Source of the DNA: Methanothrix sp. | Lineage (GTDB): Archaea; Halobacteriota; Methanosarcinia; Methanotrichales; Methanotrichaceae | Length of the DNA: 64,000 bases | Assembly: GCA_037128175.1 (NCBI GenBank) | Contig: JBAXWY010000003.1 | Span: forward strand, 1-64,000 | Direction of reading: 5' to 3' | In this document: piece by piece, positions 59,025 through 64,000 of the stretch | How the letters are laid out: every line of letters begins with the position of its first letter | How positions within the stretch are numbered: position 1 is the first letter of the stretch | Made by a program: the position numbers and the translations under genes | Notes under the pieces: model-generated | What the model was told of the DNA's origin: nothing | What the model saw: the letters and a program-made list of their open reading frames with translations, nothing else | Database searches by the model: none

Positions 59025-59468
59025 ATGGAAAAGAATTTCAAAGACTTAATTCAAGAGATCAGGCCTTATATCGTCAAGGGCATTCAAGATGCGAAAGTCA
59101 GTGAGTACGAGCAGAGCTATAAGAAGCGAAATGGTAAGGAGCCATCCGCAGAAGAGATTAACCAGTTTATTTCTATTCTAATCGCGAATGGAACAGTAAA
59201 GGGCGACGCAGATGAGATTGTAAATGAATTAATTGAAAAATATAGTAAAAAATTGTTAGTCAAATTAATAATAAATTCGTCTATTTCATTGGGTTCGGCG
59301 GGGTTGTTCCTGGTTTATATTTTAATATATTTAAGAGATGTTTTAGGATTGAATATTGTAAAAGAGGATTACCTCATAAGCGCGCCAAATTTTATCCTAG
59401 CCATAATATTATTTTTTATTGCCATCGCCCTGTTTGTCATCTCGGTTTCAAAAAAGGACAAAGACTGA
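59025..59468 (+). CDS. hypothetical protein with two C-terminal TM helices
   Basis: ATG 1 nt after the dcd-like stop; very low GC; two hydrophobic helices. Confidence 0.75.
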   Translation: MEKNFKDLIQEIRPYIVKGIQDAKVSEYEQSYKKRNGKEPSAEEINQFISILIANGTVKGDADEIVNELIEKYSKKLLVKLIINSSISLGSAGLFLVYILIYLRDVLGLNIVKEDYLISAPNFILAIILFFIAIALFVISVSKKDKD

Positions 59469-59542
59469 CAATCATCTGTCCGCATCTCTGCCGTCACCCC
59501 CGCGCCCGAGCGCGCCCGCCCCGGTCCTGCCAGCAGCACTCA

Positions 59543-59725
59543 TCAGGCTGAGATTTTGTCAACAGCACAGTACATTATGACTCGTGTTAAGTCGTATTTT
59601 TCTAGCCTCTGAATGCCCGAATCCGCCAAGAAATCCACTAACTTCTGGTAATCAAATTTGATGCCCTCCCGGCGTGATCCTCGGAAGATGTTAGAATTAT
59701 CGATGAATATCATTAGGCGTTTCAA
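59543..59725 (-). pseudogene. N-terminal fragment of NYN (LabA/DUF88) domain protein
   Basis: RLMIFIDNSNIF...FDYQKL...RVIMY; stops at 60 aa. Confidence 0.7.
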
Positions 59726-59982
59726 TGAACCACCGCAGCGCTAAATTCCTTCATGAGGTTAAGAAGCTAACTGTTGACTGGAGAGCGAGACTTTGCCCCA
59801 CCCACGGCCTTCCTGCTCGCCCCGGACCTGACCGCGGTCCCGCTCGACCGCAAGAGCTATCGCTGAGAGGGCTTTCCGCTCCCCGCACCCGGCGTGCGCA
59901 CGTGGTAGCCACTTCTGCGAGATTGGGTCCTACGTAGCATCCTGGCCGTCGAGGATGAAATATACCAAAAGATGGCTATTTC

Positions 59983-61314
59983 TCAGGCCTCGTAGATCCC
60001 TGCACCCAGCCACCAGGTATCATCTACCTTGGACACATAGCTCACCTTTGCTTCACTCTGATTGCTGATCGGATTTATCCATCGATACTCATAAAAACCG
60101 CTGCCATTCATGGCCAGGGCACGCATCTCCCGGTTGATGTAAACGCCCTGGTCATTCTGAATATCCATACGGTTTGTTCCCACCTCTTTGGGTAGGTAAG
60201 GCAGGCACAGGGCGGTTCCATTGAAATCTTGGGCAAAGATGTAGACGTCTTCCCTAACCCAACTGCTATTTAGGTCCATGAATTCCGTCAGCGCTTTGTC
60301 CTTGCCAGCCACCAGGGCATGGCTGTAGGCCTCCTCTACAAAGGTCTTCAGCTCTTCTCTGCTGGCCGGTTTCATAGCAGATAGGTTCTGGGCTGAGGAT
60401 GAGCTGCTGAATATCCCTGCCGCCAGCCACCAGTTATCGTCCACCTTTGTGGTGTAGCTCAGTTTTAGCTCCTCGCTCATATTTTCACTTGGATTTGGGT
60501 AGAGGTAGTAGGTCTGTCCAGACCCGGTCCTGGCCAGTTCGAGGTTATCTTTCGTAAAAGCGATGCCATTGGAATCAATGCCATCCAGTCGATTTGTGCC
60601 CAACAACTTGGGCTGGAAAGGCAGACAGAGAGCATTTCCCAGAAAGTCATAGGCAAATACATACAGACCTCCCCTAACGAATTCACCCTCGGGATCGTTG
60701 AAGACCCTGAGAGATTTATTCTTGCCATTCTTCAGAGCATAGTCTCTAGCTTCATCCACAAACGCCAACAGTCTCTGCTGGTCCTCAAAGCTGAAGAGCG
60801 GAGCCTGGCCTGGTAGGTATATGCCAGATCCGATCCACAGGTTATCATCAACCTTGAGAACATAGAGAAGCTTGAACTCAGTCTGGTTCGCCTTTTTTGG
60901 ATTGGGATACACATTGTAGGCAAAGCCCTTGCCACTCTTTGCCACCTCAATCAGATTCTTTATGAAATGTACGCCGTTGGGGTCAACCAGATCCAGGTTA
61001 TTTCTGCCAATCAGGTTGTGCAGATAGGGATGGGCCAGAAGTGTGCCCTCAAAGTCGTAGGCAAAGACGTACATGTCGCCTCTGACAAACTCTCCATTTG
61101 GGTCGCAAAAGGCCTTGAGGGCCTCGTCGGTTCCATTATTCAGAGTGTAATTTCGGGCCTCTTCCAGAAAGGATACCAACTCCATCCTGGCACCATCATT
61201 GGCAAATGGTGGCGCATAAGCGCTCTGATTCGATGCAAGCTCAGCGCTCGCACCTATCGACAGGAACAGGCAGGCAGACAGGGCAAAAGATACTATGAAC
61301 GCAATTAACTTCAT
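59983..61314 (-). CDS. secreted protein with three tandem single-Cache domains
   Basis: Three repeats of A...F.DP.GEF....YVFAYD..G..L..P....G.N....D..G and Y.Y.NP....K..Y..KVDD.WW...GIY; signal peptide. Confidence 0.88.
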   Translation of the reverse strand: MKLIAFIVSFALSACLFLSIGASAELASNQSAYAPPFANDGARMELVSFLEEARNYTLNNGTDEALKAFCDPNGEFVRGDMYVFAYDFEGTLLAHPYLHNLIGRNNLDLVDPNGVHFIKNLIEVAKSGKGFAYNVYPNPKKANQTEFKLLYVLKVDDNLWIGSGIYLPGQAPLFSFEDQQRLLAFVDEARDYALKNGKNKSLRVFNDPEGEFVRGGLYVFAYDFLGNALCLPFQPKLLGTNRLDGIDSNGIAFTKDNLELARTGSGQTYYLYPNPSENMSEELKLSYTTKVDDNWWLAAGIFSSSSSAQNLSAMKPASREELKTFVEEAYSHALVAGKDKALTEFMDLNSSWVREDVYIFAQDFNGTALCLPYLPKEVGTNRMDIQNDQGVYINREMRALAMNGSGFYEYRWINPISNQSEAKVSYVSKVDDTWWLGAGIYEA

Positions 61315-61465
61315 GGCAATTCCTCATAAATACATAACAGAAAATTAGTTGGATTTCATGATACATAAAAATTTCTGAAAGCAAAACTTATCTATTAAAA
61401 ATCCTTGAATAGTAATAATGTCAAATTTAATGGCAATTGCAAAAAAATATTTGGCGGTTATAGGC

Positions 61466-61897
61466 ATGAAAAGAGTTTTGATATGCATTCTTTTATCACT
61501 AATGTGGATATGTGTGGATTCTGTAAGCGCAGACACAATCTCGGCCCAGATAGACTCGTTCGATTTTCCCTCTGGAGACTGGTACCGAGGATCCAATCAG
61601 GGTGGTGTCAATGTCTGGATAAAAAATACGGGTGATGTAGGCCATCTATTTTGGGTCTCCTACGAAGTGATGGATAGAAGAGGACAGTGGTACAGTGCGC
61701 CTCCCGAGCCGGTATATGCGGAACCGGGCAGCAGCACATATTTTGTTGACCCTGTTTGGCATATTCCAGATGATGCACAGCTGGGCAGCTACCAGGCGGA
61801 TTTATATTTGTATAGCTATTATGATAGCAACACCGGGGAGCTGTCCGAACTGTTGGATCAAGTTGACCAGGCAGGTGCATTTAGTGTTGTAGGATGA
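61466..61897 (+). CDS. hypothetical exported protein (Ig-like/CARDB-like)
   Basis: Signal peptide; V.IKNTG and W.IP.DA..G.Y pattern. Confidence 0.65.
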   Translation: MKRVLICILLSLMWICVDSVSADTISAQIDSFDFPSGDWYRGSNQGGVNVWIKNTGDVGHLFWVSYEVMDRRGQWYSAPPEPVYAEPGSSTYFVDPVWHIPDDAQLGSYQADLYLYSYYDSNTGELSELLDQVDQAGAFSVVG

Positions 61898-62195
61898 GGC
61901 GCAGCTTGCTGCGCGTGGGTGCGCCGCCGCAGTTTTACTTTTTGACGCAAATTAGTTTCAATCGATGACAGCGAGATGAAGAGCTATGCTAATCAGAATC
62001 CATCGAGCAATTAGGGACGTAAACACGTAGCATCCGGGCGTTATGAATTGTTATGAACTTTTCTTAAACAAATTTAAATAGAAAATATACCGAATATACA
62101 TTAAAGATTGAATCCTTATGGTGGATTCAGGTTGAATGCATCTAATGACGCTTTGAGGAGAATAAAACGTGTTTAATACTGAACGTAAGAATGAA

Positions 62196-62435
62196 ATGGG
62201 AGAAGCTGAGGTAGCGATATGCCCTCTGTGCGATTTAAGGGTAGAATTTATAGGTGCTCCGATGGTTAGGTGTTATTCGACAGGAGAAACGTATGAACCG
62301 GTGAAAATTAGATGGACTCCGAAATCAAAGATCCCGAAAGAAACCGGCTACGATGTGGAGAATATAAGGGGAAATGACAAGGTGCAAGATTTCTTGCCTA
62401 ATGCACATCTGCTGGTAGATGAGATCGAAGCGTGA
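62196..62435 (+). CDS. small hypothetical protein (CPLC)
   Basis: ORF in an otherwise empty AT-rich gap, followed by a T-run. Confidence 0.45.
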   Translation: MGEAEVAICPLCDLRVEFIGAPMVRCYSTGETYEPVKIRWTPKSKIPKETGYDVENIRGNDKVQDFLPNAHLLVDEIEA

Positions 62436-62508
62436 ATCCTTGTTGGATGCAACCTCTTTTTCAGAGGAACATATAATTTAGAAAAAAGATTTATTGGTAC
62501 AAGAGCGT

Positions 62509-62631
62509 TTACTCGCAGGTATCGAGCAGACTCTTCTTCTTGCCGCTTCTCTTGTCACCGAGTTTGATGGGCTCAACTTTTGCTTCCGGCTCTTCTTTCT
62601 TCTCTACTACCTTTTTTTCATGGTGTGTCAT
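62509..62631 (-). CDS. 40-aa charged small protein
   Basis: Manual translation MTHHEKKVVEKKEEPEAKVEPIKLGDKRSGKKKSLLDTCE with GAGGT SD. Confidence 0.55.
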   Translation of the reverse strand: MTHHEKKVVEKKEEPEAKVEPIKLGDKRSGKKKSLLDTCE

Positions 62632-62739
62632 TTTTCGTACCTCATTTTATTCTTGCATCTGATCTTAATTATAACTTCCGGTGGACAATATTAGAAAAAC
62701 CACAATATGCAATATGGCGCCAGAAAAATAAAAATTTGT

Positions 62740-63900
62740 TCAGAGGCTCTTCTGGTCGACAATGCAGGTGGGATCCTCTGCCAATATGTCTCCATGATAA
62801 TGGTAGGCTTTCTGGCGGCATCCTCCGCACAGATCCAGGTATTCGCACTTCCCGCAGGCGCCTTTGAGGTTAGACTTGATACCCCGCAGCGCCAGCAGCT
62901 CCGCACAAGGGTGATCGATCCAGATATCCCGGAAGGAGCGCTCCCGCACATTGCCCACTACCACCTGGGGCATGAAGTGGCAGGGATGCACATCTCCGCG
63001 TTGATTAATGTTGGCCACCTTCACTCCAGTGGAGCAGCCGCCGGCATTGGTCAGCAACTTTCGCACGTTCTCCCGCCGGGGATCGTCCTTTAAGAGTTCC
63101 AGCAAATAGGCTCCATCCATGGGCGAGTCCGTGGTCAGGATCTCAATGTTCTCGCCTTTCAGCTCCTCAGCCGCTTCGGCCAGCAGGCGGATAACGCTGC
63201 GCCGCTGCTCGGGCGTAACGTCCCTGTCGGCCATGCCCGCCCCCCGGCCCGTGGGAACAAGGTGGTAGAGACAGAAGCGTGGGATGTTCTCCTGCACTGC
63301 CAGGCTTAACAGAGCCGGAACATCCTGCCAGTTGTCACGGGTGAGCGTGAGGCGCAGCCCCGTCTTCAGGCCGGCATCGCGGGCGTTTTTCAGTCCCTGC
63401 AAGGCCCGGGCATGCGCTCCGGCCACGCCCCGGAAGGCGTCGTGGCTCTGCGCAGAAGCGGAGTCGAGGCTCACCCCCACGTATCTGATCTGGGCCTCCA
63501 CCAGGAGCCGGGCCACCTCCGGGGTAATCAGGGTTCCATTGGTGGAGATGACTGTCCTCAGGCCCACCTCGCGAGCGTGGAAGGCCAGTGCATAGAAATT
63601 GCGACTGAGAAGAGGCTCGCCGCCGGTGAAGATGAGGATGGGCACCTTCATATCCGCCAGTTCATCCACCAGATGTATGCCCTCTTCCAGAGACATTTCC
63701 TCTCCTGCCTCACGGCCGGCATCCATGTAGCAGTGCTGGCAGGCCAGGTTGCAATGCGTGGTTAAATTCCACATCACGACCGGCCTCTTCTGGGCCGAAA
63801 ACCTGAGCAAATCAGGCGGCAGATTCTGGCATGACTCGGAAGCGCGCAGAGCCTCCCAGACCGTGGCTTGATCCGCCAGAGCTTTGGAAAATATGATCAT
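62740..63900 (-). CDS. ahbC: radical SAM heme biosynthesis protein AhbC (NirJ1-type)
   Basis: PVVMWN.T..CNLACQHCY, GGEPL, C.YHLVPTGRG and SPASM cysteines; downstream of hemD. Confidence 0.78.
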   Translation of the reverse strand: MIIFSKALADQATVWEALRASESCQNLPPDLLRFSAQKRPVVMWNLTTHCNLACQHCYMDAGREAGEEMSLEEGIHLVDELADMKVPILIFTGGEPLLSRNFYALAFHAREVGLRTVISTNGTLITPEVARLLVEAQIRYVGVSLDSASAQSHDAFRGVAGAHARALQGLKNARDAGLKTGLRLTLTRDNWQDVPALLSLAVQENIPRFCLYHLVPTGRGAGMADRDVTPEQRRSVIRLLAEAAEELKGENIEILTTDSPMDGAYLLELLKDDPRRENVRKLLTNAGGCSTGVKVANINQRGDVHPCHFMPQVVVGNVRERSFRDIWIDHPCAELLALRGIKSNLKGACGKCEYLDLCGGCRQKAYHYHGDILAEDPTCIVDQKSL

Positions 63901-63907
63901 TTTACTT

Positions 63908-64000
63908 CTACTTCTCCTGCAAAACGGCAAGCATCGCCTCAAAGGTGAATTTGTCCGGCATCACGTCCACTTCCACGCCAAGCCTCGTCAGCTCTTCTGC
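63908..64000 (-). CDS. hemD: uroporphyrinogen-III synthase, 3' end (partial)
   Basis: AEELTRLGVEVDVMPDKFTFEAMLAVLQEK* matches the HemD C-terminal pattern; heme pathway context. Confidence 0.6.
   Translation of the reverse strand, partial: AEELTRLGVEVDVMPDKFTFEAMLAVLQEK

Overview
Archaeal chromosomal window from an acetoclastic methanogen, most likely Methanothrix (Methanosaeta). The assignment rests on the mcrB-D-G-A operon without mcrC, the McrA N-terminus and several lineage-type secreted paralogs. Most of it is core genome: pan, aMBF1, tsaC, trm5, proS, MC1, srp19, hflX, topA, pelota, AMP phosphorylase, nifB, ahbC/hemD and four tRNAs, one of which is an intron-containing tRNA-Asn. A metal-cluster locus (NifX-like x2, MinD-ferredoxin ATPases x2, Mrp, DUF134, DUF2202 x2) lies next to mcr. 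Four accessory patches (about 1-830, 11.9-13.0 kb, 48.2-50.3 kb, 55.1-59.9 kb) hold most of the unusual signal. (i) A defence-like island has two ~96%-identical 225-bp copies of a type IIG restriction-modification gene 3' end, each followed by low-GC cargo. (ii) That cargo includes a dCTP-deaminase-fold protein with its catalytic residues substituted, coupled to a 2-TM protein. (iii) A 48-aa antitoxin-like gene plus GNAT module is present twice; the small gene is missed by the ORF track. (iv) A Cas4-like nuclease is split into two membrane-anchored halves, with no CRISPR array nearby. (v) A modular CTTCGCG-periodic palindromic repeat family marks three of the four patches (it is absent from 55-60 kb). 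All calls come from reading the sequence and from recalled family motifs; no database search was run.
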